Source: an uncultured Nitriliruptoria bacterium
GTDB taxonomy: Bacteria > Actinomycetota > Nitriliruptoria > Nitriliruptorales > Nitriliruptoraceae
Assembly: GCA_965364735.1 (NCBI GenBank)
Contig: CBDTYW010000001.1
Coordinates: 1 to 42,390 of the forward strand
Direction: 5' to 3'
Length of the DNA stretch: 42,390 nucleotides
Shown one piece after another: positions 17,517 to 25,841 of this stretch. The notes under the pieces are model-generated. The model saw only the letters and a list, made by a program, of their open reading frames with translations. It was not told the DNA's origin and made no database searches. Numbering within the stretch: position 1 is the stretch's first letter; the number at the start of each line of letters is the position of its first letter. A program made the translations under genes and the position numbers.

Positions 17517-18781
17517 GCCGGAACCTCCTGGGCAGCCGCGGGCGCCGCGGTCGGGTCGTGCTTGCCTGCCATGGCCATCAGGGGTGGAAGCGGCATCTGG
17601 CGACCCGGGAGCAGGACGTTCCAGTAGATGGACTTGAAGAGCAGCTTCCCCCAGTGGTTGGCCTCGGTCTCGCCGAGCAGGGTGAGGGGGCCGACGCCGG
17701 GGATCGGATACTTGCCGGGCAGCGGCTGGGTGTCGTAGTTGAAGTCGAGGAGCAGCGCCTTGCCGTCACCGGCTTCGACGAAGCAGTTCGCGTGTCCGTC
17801 GAACGCGTGGGTCATGGGCCGACCCGCGATGTGCTGGAGGAAGTTCTCCTCGAAGATCTCGACCGCGAAGTGTGCGACGGAACCGGCTTTCGACGTCGGC
17901 AGGTTCGCGGCGTCGCCGAGGGCGAAGATGTTGTCGTGGCCGTCGGCGAGGAACGTCTGCTGGTCGACGGGGACGTAGTTGAGCTCGTCGCCGAGCCCGC
18001 TGCGCTCGACGAAGTCCGCGCCCATGTTCAGCGGGACGGTGACGAGCAGGTCGAACGGGATGACGCGCTCGTCGTAGGAGACGATCGCCTTCGCCTCGTT
18101 GTCGACGCGCTCGATGACGAAGTCGGCCTCGAGATGGATCTTGCGCTCCTCGAGCATGTCGCCCAGGAGCGAGGCCGCGATGGGCTTCGTGAACGCTCCG
18201 TCCAGCGGCGTGACGTAGGTGATCTCGACCTGGTCGCGAAGACCGCGCTCACGGAAGTGGGCTTCGGCGAGGAACGCGAACTCGAGCGGCGCGACCGGGC
18301 ACTTGATCGGCATCTCGGTGATGTGGACGACCAGGCGGCCGCCTTCCCAGCTGGCCAGCTTGTCAGCCAGCGCGACGGAGCCCTCGAGCGTGTAGAAGTC
18401 GAAGACGCTCTCGCGCCACTCGTCCTCTGCCATCCCTTCCGTCTCGTCGGGCCGCGGGGTGGTTCCGGTGGCGATGATCAGCTGGTCGTAGGCGAGCTCG
18501 GTCCCATCAGCCAGGAACACGACGTCGGTGTCGGTGTCGACGCGATCGATCTCGGCATGGATCATCGTGACGCCGTCGGGGATGAAGGCGTCACGGTCCT
18601 TGGAGACCTGGTCCGGCGCGTAGGTCCCGAAGGGGACGAACAGGTAGCCGGGCTGGTAGTCGTGGCGGTTGTCGCGGTCAACGACCGTGATCTCCCAGGC
18701 GTCGGCGTCGAGTCGGCGTCGAAGGCGGTTCGCCGCCATGGTGCCGGCGGTGCCTGCGCCGAGGACGAGCAGCTTCTTCAT
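17513..18781 (-). CDS. FAD-dependent pyridine nucleotide-disulfide oxidoreductase, sulfide:quinone oxidoreductase (SQR)-like
   Basis: MKKLLVLGAGTAGT is a Rossmann N-terminus, with AAGGTG 6 nt upstream of ATG 18781 (the ORF-track start 18790 is a GTG alternative). It also has ALGDAANLPTSKAG, and Cys residues in IKCPVAPLEF and HANCFVEAG at SQR-like spacing. Confidence 0.8.
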   Translation of the reverse strand: MKKLLVLGAGTAGTMAANRLRRRLDADAWEITVVDRDNRHDYQPGYLFVPFGTYAPDQVSKDRDAFIPDGVTMIHAEIDRVDTDTDVVFLADGTELAYDQLIIATGTTPRPDETEGMAEDEWRESVFDFYTLEGSVALADKLASWEGGRLVVHITEMPIKCPVAPLEFAFLAEAHFRERGLRDQVEITYVTPLDGAFTKPIAASLLGDMLEERKIHLEADFVIERVDNEAKAIVSYDERVIPFDLLVTVPLNMGADFVERSGLGDELNYVPVDQQTFLADGHDNIFALGDAANLPTSKAGSVAHFAVEIFEENFLQHIAGRPMTHAFDGHANCFVEAGDGKALLLDFNYDTQPLPGKYPIPGVGPLTLLGETEANHWGKLLFKSIYWNVLLPGRQMPLPPLMAMAGKHDPTAAPAAAQEVPA

Positions 18782-18932
18782 GGTCATCACCTTCAGGTTT
18801 GCGCGACGGCAGGACTGTTGCTGTCGCTGACGGCGACGCTACGAGCGGTCAGCGCGGGAGAGCAGTGCCGAAGGTCTTGTGCTGGCGGCCGAAGGTCCCG
18901 GCGGGTCGTCGACCATCCGCGGTCGGTCGTGG

Positions 18933-20213
18933 TCAGAGATATCCGAGCGCTGCGGCCTGGTCCGTGAGCCAGTCGCGGTGGTCCGGGTGCGCGATGGCGA
19001 TCAGCGCGCGTGCGCGCTCTCGGATTGACCGGCCACGCAGCTCGGCCACGCCGTGTTCCGTGACGACGTGGTCGACGGTGTTCTTGAGCGTCGTCACGAC
19101 GGAGCCTCGCGAGAGCCGTCCGACGATGCGCGAGAGCTCCCCGTTCCGGGCCGTCGATCTGGTGACGACGAAACCTCGGCCGTGCTCGGCGTACAGCGCG
19201 CCGCGGGCGAAGTCCGACTGGCCTCCGCTCCCGGACCAGTACTTGCCCTGAACGGTCTCGCTGGCGCACTGCCCGAGCAGGTCGACCTCGGTCGTCGCGT
19301 TGACGGAGACGAAGGCGTCCTCCCGTGCGACGACGCGGGGATCGTTGACGTGCTCGACGGGCCACAGCTCGACCGACGCGTTGTCGTCGAGCCACTCATA
19401 CAGCCGCTGGGTTCCCAGCGCGAACGTCGCGACGTGCTTGTTGCGTCCGGTGCGCTTGGTGACGCCGGTCAGCGCGCCGGACTCGACGAGGTCGATCACC
19501 CCGTCGGACAGCAGCTCGGTGTGCAGCCCGAGGTCGCGGTGATCGACCAGCTTGGCGAGGATCGCGTCGTTGATCGCGCCGATCCCGACCTGCATCGTGT
19601 CGCCGTCTGCGATGCGCTCGGCCACGTGGTCGGCGATCTGCAGGTCGATCGCGTTGGGCGCGCGCGGGGCCACCGCGACGAGTGGCCGGTCGACCTCGGT
19701 CCATCCTGCGACCTGGCTGACGTGCACCTGGTTGCGACCGAACGTTCTGGGCATCTGCCGGTTGACCTCGAGGTAGAACGGCGCGCGTCCCACGAAGCCG
19801 GCCACGTAGTCCGCGTTGGTGCCGAGCGAGAAGTAACCGTGATCGTCCATCGGGGCTGCGGCCGCGAGGACGAGATCCGGTCCACCTGCATGGCTGAGCA
19901 GCTCTGGCACCTCGCTGAAGTGCGCGGGAACCAGGTCCAGACCACCCGAGTGGAAGTGCGGGCGGGTCACGTGGGACAGGAAGTAGCTCACGTGGCGGAG
20001 CCGGTCCGGCTGCTCGCCTCGGAGGTAGGCGCGATCGTGGAGCGCATGCATCTGGTGCACCGTCACGCCGCGGAGGTCATCGACTGCGCCCTCGATCGCG
20101 TCAAGGAGGGAGACCGGCTCGCCGTTCGCGAGCGGAACGACCAGACGTGCGCCGTCGTGGACGTGAGAGAGCACGTCCGTGCTGGGGCTCGAGGCCGGCG
20201 ATGAGGTGGTCAT
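18933..20213 (-). CDS. Acetyl-CoA hydrolase/transferase family protein (4-hydroxybutyrate CoA-transferase-like)
   Basis: The ATG at 20213 overlaps the upstream stop (TCAT at 20210-20213). Motifs are GLHTELLSDG, SGSGGQSDF and a HPDHRDWL tail. Confidence 0.85.
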   Translation of the reverse strand: MTTSSPASSPSTDVLSHVHDGARLVVPLANGEPVSLLDAIEGAVDDLRGVTVHQMHALHDRAYLRGEQPDRLRHVSYFLSHVTRPHFHSGGLDLVPAHFSEVPELLSHAGGPDLVLAAAAPMDDHGYFSLGTNADYVAGFVGRAPFYLEVNRQMPRTFGRNQVHVSQVAGWTEVDRPLVAVAPRAPNAIDLQIADHVAERIADGDTMQVGIGAINDAILAKLVDHRDLGLHTELLSDGVIDLVESGALTGVTKRTGRNKHVATFALGTQRLYEWLDDNASVELWPVEHVNDPRVVAREDAFVSVNATTEVDLLGQCASETVQGKYWSGSGGQSDFARGALYAEHGRGFVVTRSTARNGELSRIVGRLSRGSVVTTLKNTVDHVVTEHGVAELRGRSIRERARALIAIAHPDHRDWLTDQAAALGYL

Positions 20214-20566
20214 GCTTCGTCGGCCGGCTCTGCGAACTCGTCGAACGCGGCCAGGGCACGCGGAGCCCACACGGACGCTGGGCCACCCGCCATCAGCAGG
20301 GCGACGCCGAGCACCTCGACGGCCTCCTCGCGCGAGGCGCCCTTCACCGCAGCCCCCTTGGCGTGGTAGGCGACGCACCCGTCGCAGTGCGTGGCAACCG
20401 CGATGGCCAACGCCACCAGCTCCTTCATGTGCTCCGGAACCACGCCATCGGCCATGCTGGTCTGATGCAGCTGCCCGAAGCCTGCCCAGGTCTCCGGCGC
20501 GGCACGGCGGAAGTCTCGGGTCGGGCCGCGGAGGTCTTCGATGATCTCGGTGAAGGTCGTGGGCAT
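20210..20566 (-). CDS. Carboxymuconolactone decarboxylase (AhpD-like) family protein
   Basis: 118 aa with the AhpD-type CxxC motif HCDGCVAYH. Confidence 0.85.
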   Translation of the reverse strand: MPTTFTEIIEDLRGPTRDFRRAAPETWAGFGQLHQTSMADGVVPEHMKELVALAIAVATHCDGCVAYHAKGAAVKGASREEAVEVLGVALLMAGGPASVWAPRALAAFDEFAEPADEA

Positions 20567-20769
20567 GGGGGCTCCGGAGTTCGATGCTCGAAGCGAATCA
20601 GCGGCTCGCTTCCGGTGGAACCGCCACAGGTCCCGAGCCGTGAGGCCCGAACGGCACTACTCGCGGCAGGGAGAGCGGGCCATCATCCGCAGGGTCCGGA
20701 CCGACGCGAGCAGCTGGTGACGACCTGGGTCAGGGCTGCGTCGCGAAGGGGTCGAGAAGGGACAGGACG

Positions 20770-21267
20770 ATGTCGATCTGGTTCGAAGGGACAGGCCACG
20801 TCGACTGCGATCTCGACCACCTGAAGGGCTCGCTCGATGATCTCGGCGAGTTCTACGTGGGAGTTGTCCGAGCGATGCCGGGGATCACCTCGGCCGAGCT
20901 GGTCGAGCAGGGCACCGACCACGTCGTCATCCGGACGAACGCGGGCGTCATGCGACGTACGAACATCTCGCCACACGTCGACGACCGGCTGGTCGTGGTC
21001 GAGTACGACGAGGTGTACGAAGCCGGCGCACGGGTGACGATGCGGTCGCATTTCGTGGACGAGTTCATCGAGTGCAGCGAGGGTTTGATGCACCGGGTCG
21101 TCGTGAGCGACGTCGACGCCTCCGGGATCCTCGGAGCCATGTATCGCAGGCTGGGCCGCGCCAGGATGGGCGCCGCGTTCCTGAGCTCGCACCGCGCCCA
21201 CCTCGAGGTGACCTCCCGAGGTCTCACGTCAGGAGATCGCCCACGGCGACGGGCCCCGAGGCGGTGA
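20770..21267 (+). CDS. Hypothetical protein (possibly SRPBCC/START-like fold)
   Basis: 165-aa ORF with coding-like composition. I recognise no motif. Its last 44 nt overlap the convergent MOSC gene, so the 3' end is uncertain. Confidence 0.4.
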   Translation: MSIWFEGTGHVDCDLDHLKGSLDDLGEFYVGVVRAMPGITSAELVEQGTDHVVIRTNAGVMRRTNISPHVDDRLVVVEYDEVYEAGARVTMRSHFVDEFIECSEGLMHRVVVSDVDASGILGAMYRRLGRARMGAAFLSSHRAHLEVTSRGLTSGDRPRRRAPRR

Positions 21268-21940
21268 CGACCGCACCGATCGCGAGCGTGCCCCCGCGTT
21301 CGCGGTGAACCGTCCGCAGGACGTCGCGATCGACCGCGAGGTCTGGCTGCGCCCGCGTGACCATGACGCAGCGACCAACGCGCTTGGTGACGGAGAGGCT
21401 CGCTTCGCCGAGCCGGACGTTCGTGCCGACCAGAGCGTCTTCGCCCCGGCCGTTCAGGACCACGTTGGAGCGGAAGCGCCCGGGGTCCCAGCCGCCAAGG
21501 GTCGTCCTCGACACCAGCGACACGCGGGTCTGATCGCTGTCATGCCACGCGTCACCCGGCCCCTGCCATGAGGTCCATCCGGTCTCCTTCTCGGCGTCGG
21601 CCGGGTTCTCGTAGACGCCACCCTCGTTGCCCGCCCGGACCAGACGGACGGCGCGCTCGAGCCATGCGGACAGCGCGGCATCGGAGTCGAGCCGGGCGCC
21701 GTCCTCGCCGACGATCGACACCTCTTCGTCGTGCCAGGTCGCTGCGGCGAACAGCAGCCGAGGCTCGCGGCGGGCGGTCAGCACGTTGCCGGTCTCGACG
21801 TCGACGATGCCGAAGGCCCGATCTCCGGGGAACCCATGGGGCCCGACCTCCGTGGACTCAAGACGTTCGCCGCGCATGGACTTGACCGGGAACCGCCACA
21901 GCTCAGCGACGGTCAGCGTCCCCCTGGTCGGTCCGGTCAT
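21224..21940 (-). CDS. MOSC domain protein (N-terminal beta-barrel plus MOSC)
   Basis: ATG 21940. The N-terminus is LWRFPVKSMRGE and the conserved Cys sits in KRVGRCVMVT. Confidence 0.8.
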   Translation of the reverse strand: MTGPTRGTLTVAELWRFPVKSMRGERLESTEVGPHGFPGDRAFGIVDVETGNVLTARREPRLLFAAATWHDEEVSIVGEDGARLDSDAALSAWLERAVRLVRAGNEGGVYENPADAEKETGWTSWQGPGDAWHDSDQTRVSLVSRTTLGGWDPGRFRSNVVLNGRGEDALVGTNVRLGEASLSVTKRVGRCVMVTRAQPDLAVDRDVLRTVHRERGGTLAIGAVVTASGPVAVGDLLT

Positions 21941-22215
21941 CTTCACGTCACCTCTCGGAGGGGCGACCGTACTCGGCCGCCGATCGTCATCGGGGCCTGT
22001 CACTCCGTCGCGCCCGCACGGCTGTCGGCGACGTCGTCCTCGCCGATCGAGTGCGCGGCCGACACTCCCTGACGTGCATGTGCCTCCGCCGTACGGTGCG
22101 GCCATGGACACGGCGCCCCTTCGCCGGTGAGCCTCCGGCACCCGCAAGGACACGTGATGCTTCGCCAGCTGCTCAGGAAGAAGGACCTCGCCCTCGAGCA
22201 GACCTCCGTCGCGCC

Positions 22216-23499
22216 GTGACCACGCCGAATGACCGGGAACTTCGCGCGCCCTTCGGGCGTGTCGTGCTTCCCGGACGCCTGTCGTCGAGCGGGACGGACG
22301 CGTTGACGAGCCCCGTCGGCGTCGCAGATCTGACGGACCCGTCCTCGGTGGACCTCGCGATCGACCGCCTCGTCGGCCAGGACCTGCACGACGCCCTCGC
22401 GGCATTGCGAGAGGCGGGCGCGGTGACGTCGACGACGTTCTTCGGCCAGCCGGCCGTCATCGCGACGGACTTCGCCACGGTCAAGTCGATCCTGCGCGAC
22501 GATGTCCTCGTGCCCGGGGCGCCGGTCTACGAGCTGTCGACCCTGCCGGCGATCGGTCACACGTTCATCGATGCGAGCGGCGCCGAGCACGACCGGCTGC
22601 GCAAGCTCGCCACGCCGGCGTTCCGGTCGAGGGCCATCGAGCGGTTCGACGCGGCTCGGCTCACCGTTCTCGCCGAAGAGCTCATCGACGGGTTCGTCGA
22701 CCGAGGCGAGGTCGACCTCGTCGCGGAGTTCACGTCGGTGCTCCCGTACCTCGCCATCGCGCGGAAGCTCGGGCTGCCCCGCTCCGGGGAGGACGACACC
22801 CGACGTTGGGCGGCGGGGCTGCTCTCACACGCGATGGCGCCGGAGCTCGCCGCGCGAGCGCGCGCGGAGTTCGACGCGCACGTCGGAGAGGTCGTCGCGG
22901 CCCGTCGAGCCGAGCCGCTCGACGACGTGCTCAGCGGGCTCGTCCTCGCGGAGCGCCATGGCCAGAGCTTCACGGATGAAGACGTCCTCGCCCACGTCCG
23001 TCTGCTGTTCGCCGTCGGCGCGAGCACCACGGCGCACGGCATCGGCAACCTGCTGTCTGCGCTCCTGCACCGCCCCCGCGTCCTCTCCTCGGTGCGTGAC
23101 GACCCAGCCCTGCGTGCGGGTGCGGTGCGTGAAGGCCTGCGCTTCGATCCACCGGTCGCGGTGTTGCCCCGGCTCGTCGTCCAGCCCACAGAGGTCCGTG
23201 GCGTCGCGCTGGGCGCCATGTCGTTCCTGCTGCTCAGCATCGCCGGTGCGAACCGTGACCCCGAGGTGTTCGCGCGCGCGGATGACTTCGACCCCACCCG
23301 CCCGCACGCCGAGCTCATGACGTTCGGCAACGGCAAGAAGTTCTGTCCGGGCTCGCACCTCGCGACGCACGAGATCGGTGTTGCGCTCGACGCGGTCCTC
23401 GACCGCCTGACGGGTCTGCGCCTCGTCGACGAAGCCGGCTCGCTGCCGGTCGGCGGCCCGCTGCGCGCGCCGGAACGCCTCGCCGTGGCCTGGCGCTGA
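22216..23499 (+). CDS. Cytochrome P450
   Basis: The heme loop is FGNGKKFCPGSHLA, the ExxR motif is EGLRF and the I-helix is FAVGASTTAHG. The start is uncertain: I chose GTG 22216, with ATG 22051, GTG 22264 and TTG 22303 as alternatives. Confidence 0.85.
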   Translation: MTTPNDRELRAPFGRVVLPGRLSSSGTDALTSPVGVADLTDPSSVDLAIDRLVGQDLHDALAALREAGAVTSTTFFGQPAVIATDFATVKSILRDDVLVPGAPVYELSTLPAIGHTFIDASGAEHDRLRKLATPAFRSRAIERFDAARLTVLAEELIDGFVDRGEVDLVAEFTSVLPYLAIARKLGLPRSGEDDTRRWAAGLLSHAMAPELAARARAEFDAHVGEVVAARRAEPLDDVLSGLVLAERHGQSFTDEDVLAHVRLLFAVGASTTAHGIGNLLSALLHRPRVLSSVRDDPALRAGAVREGLRFDPPVAVLPRLVVQPTEVRGVALGAMSFLLLSIAGANRDPEVFARADDFDPTRPHAELMTFGNGKKFCPGSHLATHEIGVALDAVLDRLTGLRLVDEAGSLPVGGPLRAPERLAVAWR

Positions 23500-23553
23500 G
23501 GTCACGGTGTCAGCTCAGCTCCGAGTGACACCTCATGAGCCCGGCGACCGTTG
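23499..23553. repeat. Copy A of a ~55-nt direct repeat; contains a stem-loop (GGTGTCA..TGACACC, 23506-23532) in the gap between the convergent P450 and hydrolase genes
   Basis: The sequence AGGTCACGGTGTCAGCTCAGCTCCGAGTGACACCTCATGAGCCCGGCGACCGTTG aligns by hand at about 45 of 55 positions with 24504-24559. Confidence 0.6.
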
Positions 23554-24510
23554 TCAGACGAAGAACTCGCTGATCGCCTGGACCACGTCGTCGGCAGCGG
23601 CGTAGCCGGACAGGTGCGAGCCGCCCGGACGCAGCACGAACGTCGCGTTCGGGAGCAGACCCGCCGCGTGCCGTCCGTGCGCGAGCGGGATGATCGTGTC
23701 CTTGTCACCGTGCCACCAGCGGACGGGGACGTCGACGTCGGCGAGGCGAAAGCCCCAGTCGCGGCCGAACAGGACCGCGTCGCGCATTGCGGCTTGCAAC
23801 CCGTGTCCGCGCACGCCGCGGGCGAGGTCGTCGATGAACATGTCCTTGACGCCGGGCGTGGCGAACACGTCGCGGTCGGCCTGAGGCATGATCAAGGAGA
23901 ACGCGTCGTAGATCTGGCTGCCCCACGGGATCAGCGGGCGGAGGAGCCGGGTGCCGGCCCAGGCGGCCGGAGCCTCCACCCGTCGGGTGAGCCAGCCGAA
24001 GCGTGGTGCGAGCGCGACTAGCCCCCCCGTCGCCGCGTCCGGCCCGACGAAGGGCGGCACCCCACCGAGGACCGCGACCCCGACGACACGGTGGGCGTCG
24101 AGGTGTCCCAGGGCCAGCGAGTACGGGCCACCACCGCTCAGGCCGATCACGGCGTAGCGATCCAGTCGCAGGCGATCGGCGAGCGTGACGAGATCTCGTG
24201 CCACGTCGACGATCCGGTCGTGCGGGGCGGGCGTGGATCGTCCGACGCCGGGACGTGCGACGCCGATCACGCGGAGTCCCTGCGCGACGGCCGCGGCCTT
24301 CGCCGCCGGCGCGACCTGCCGGCAGGAACCGGGCGTGCCGTGCAGCCAGATCACGGGCCGGCCGTCGGCGTCGCCGAACTCGGCGTACTCGAGCTCCCGG
24401 CCGTCGGGCATCACGACGACGTCGGTCGTCAGGGGCGGGTCAACCACAGGTCGGGACCTGGGTGCCATCGTGTCGGCTCCGGATTGCTGAGATGGGGCAC
24501 CGTAGGTCAC
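23554..24510 (-). CDS. Alpha/beta-fold hydrolase
   Basis: GTG start at 24510. It has the oxyanion-hole motif WLHGTPGS and the nucleophile elbow IGLSGGGPY. It begins 9 nt downstream of the PucR stop on the same strand. Confidence 0.8.
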   Translation of the reverse strand: MTYGAPSQQSGADTMAPRSRPVVDPPLTTDVVVMPDGRELEYAEFGDADGRPVIWLHGTPGSCRQVAPAAKAAAVAQGLRVIGVARPGVGRSTPAPHDRIVDVARDLVTLADRLRLDRYAVIGLSGGGPYSLALGHLDAHRVVGVAVLGGVPPFVGPDAATGGLVALAPRFGWLTRRVEAPAAWAGTRLLRPLIPWGSQIYDAFSLIMPQADRDVFATPGVKDMFIDDLARGVRGHGLQAAMRDAVLFGRDWGFRLADVDVPVRWWHGDKDTIIPLAHGRHAAGLLPNATFVLRPGGSHLSGYAAADDVVQAISEFFV

Positions 24511-24559
24511 GTCGTCCGCTCAGCTCCGAGCGGTACCTGACGAGCCCGGCGATCCGTCG
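24504..24559. repeat. Copy B of the ~55-nt direct repeat; spans the PucR stop codon, the 9-nt spacer and the hydrolase GTG
   Basis: The sequence is AGGTCACGTCGTCCGCTCAGCTCCGAGCGGTACCTGACGAGCCCGGCGATCCGTCG. Its internal stem-loop is CCGCTC-AGCTCC-GAGCGG (24516-24533). Confidence 0.6.
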
Positions 24560-25764
24560 GCGACGAGCGCGGGCGTGAGCGCGATGACGAGCGCTTCGAC
24601 GACGTGCGGGTCATCGAGGCGATCCCCGTAGAGCTCGCGGAGCTGGTTCATGCGGTAGCGCACCGTCTGCGGGTGAACGTGCAGGGCTGCAGCGACCTCG
24701 CTTCGGCGGCCAAGGTGCAGGAGCCAGGCGCGGAGGGTCTCGGTCAGCCGCTCTGTGGCGGCCGGCGTCAGCCCTTCCAGCGGCGCGAGCATCGACGTGC
24801 GGAGGTCGACGAGCGCGCCAGGGTCTGCGGCCACCACAAGCGCGTGCAGGTGATCGGCGGTGTCAAGGACTGTCCCGGAGGCCGTGCCGAGGAGCTCACG
24901 TGCCCGCACGGCGACGGTCAGTGATTCGCGGACCCGGTCCCAGGGCCGGGCCGGTCCGATGACGCCCTCGCTGCCGGTCAGCACGCGGCGGACGTGGTCG
25001 CGGGTCTTCACGACGTCGGAGACCAGCAGCACGTTGTGGTGCTCGGCGCCGCGGAGCTCGAGGACCTCGGAGGGGATGTTCAGGGTGGTCGGGCCGAGCG
25101 CGCCGAGCGTCTCGCGTGCGCGCGACGACGGGATCATGACGGCGGTCAGCGTCGCCGGCGGGATCCAGTCCGCCGCCTCTGCGAGCTCCAGCAGCCGTGA
25201 TGTCGGCGTGTCGGTGAGCAGGGCCTTCGCGAGCTGCTCACGACGGAGCTCGCGCACCCGTCCCGAACGGGCCAGCTGGTCGGTGTGGCCGGCGACGCTC
25301 GATGCCGACAGCTGGTCGATGTAGGCGAACACGAGGGCCGCGAACTCGGCGATCGCCTCGGCGGGCACGCCCTCGGCGACGGCCGTCGTCGACATCGAGT
25401 CCCACGACACCCGCGCGCCGATCCGGTAGGCGGCGAGCAGCGAGTCGGCGGTGCGTCCGGACTTCGCCTCGCCGCGGCCGAGGTCGTAGGCGCCCTGGCG
25501 GGCCACGTCGAGCGGGGTCTCGGCGGTCGGGTCGTCCGGGTCCTGCCCGAGCAGACGCAGGAACACCCCCATCGCGAGGGTGATCGCCGACGCGATCACC
25601 GACGCCATCTCGCCCTGCCAGGTGCTCGCGTACTCCGGGATCTCCGAGGTGATGCGGGCCAGCGCTCGGTCCGAAACCTCCGGCAGCTGTGCCTGGAGAC
25701 GACGAACGATGTCCGGAGACAACAACGGCGCCGCGGATGCCGGCTGCAACGAGGGATTGGTCAT
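24520..25764 (-). CDS. PucR-family transcriptional regulator
   Basis: The C-terminal HTH is ALHVHPQTVRYRMNQLRELYG. I chose ATG 25764 over the ORF-track start at 25812. Confidence 0.8.
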   Translation of the reverse strand: MTNPSLQPASAAPLLSPDIVRRLQAQLPEVSDRALARITSEIPEYASTWQGEMASVIASAITLAMGVFLRLLGQDPDDPTAETPLDVARQGAYDLGRGEAKSGRTADSLLAAYRIGARVSWDSMSTTAVAEGVPAEAIAEFAALVFAYIDQLSASSVAGHTDQLARSGRVRELRREQLAKALLTDTPTSRLLELAEAADWIPPATLTAVMIPSSRARETLGALGPTTLNIPSEVLELRGAEHHNVLLVSDVVKTRDHVRRVLTGSEGVIGPARPWDRVRESLTVAVRARELLGTASGTVLDTADHLHALVVAADPGALVDLRTSMLAPLEGLTPAATERLTETLRAWLLHLGRRSEVAAALHVHPQTVRYRMNQLRELYGDRLDDPHVVEALVIALTPALVADGSPGSSGTARS

Positions 25765-25841
25765 TGTGATTTGTTCCCTCGGGGTGAAATACTGAGTTGA
25801 CTCTACTCGCATGTGTCAAGAATAGTCACTTCGGGAGGGGC
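25765..25841. promoter_or_regulatory. Divergent promoter region; the lowest-GC intergenic stretch I noticed in the window
   Basis: The region reads TGTGATTTGTTCCCTCGGGGTGAAATACTGAGTTGACTCTACTCGCATGTGTCAAGAATAGTCACTTCGGGAGGGGC. It contains a TTGACT -35-like hexamer (25797-25802) followed 15-18 nt later by the A/T-rich AAGAATAGT. Confidence 0.35.
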
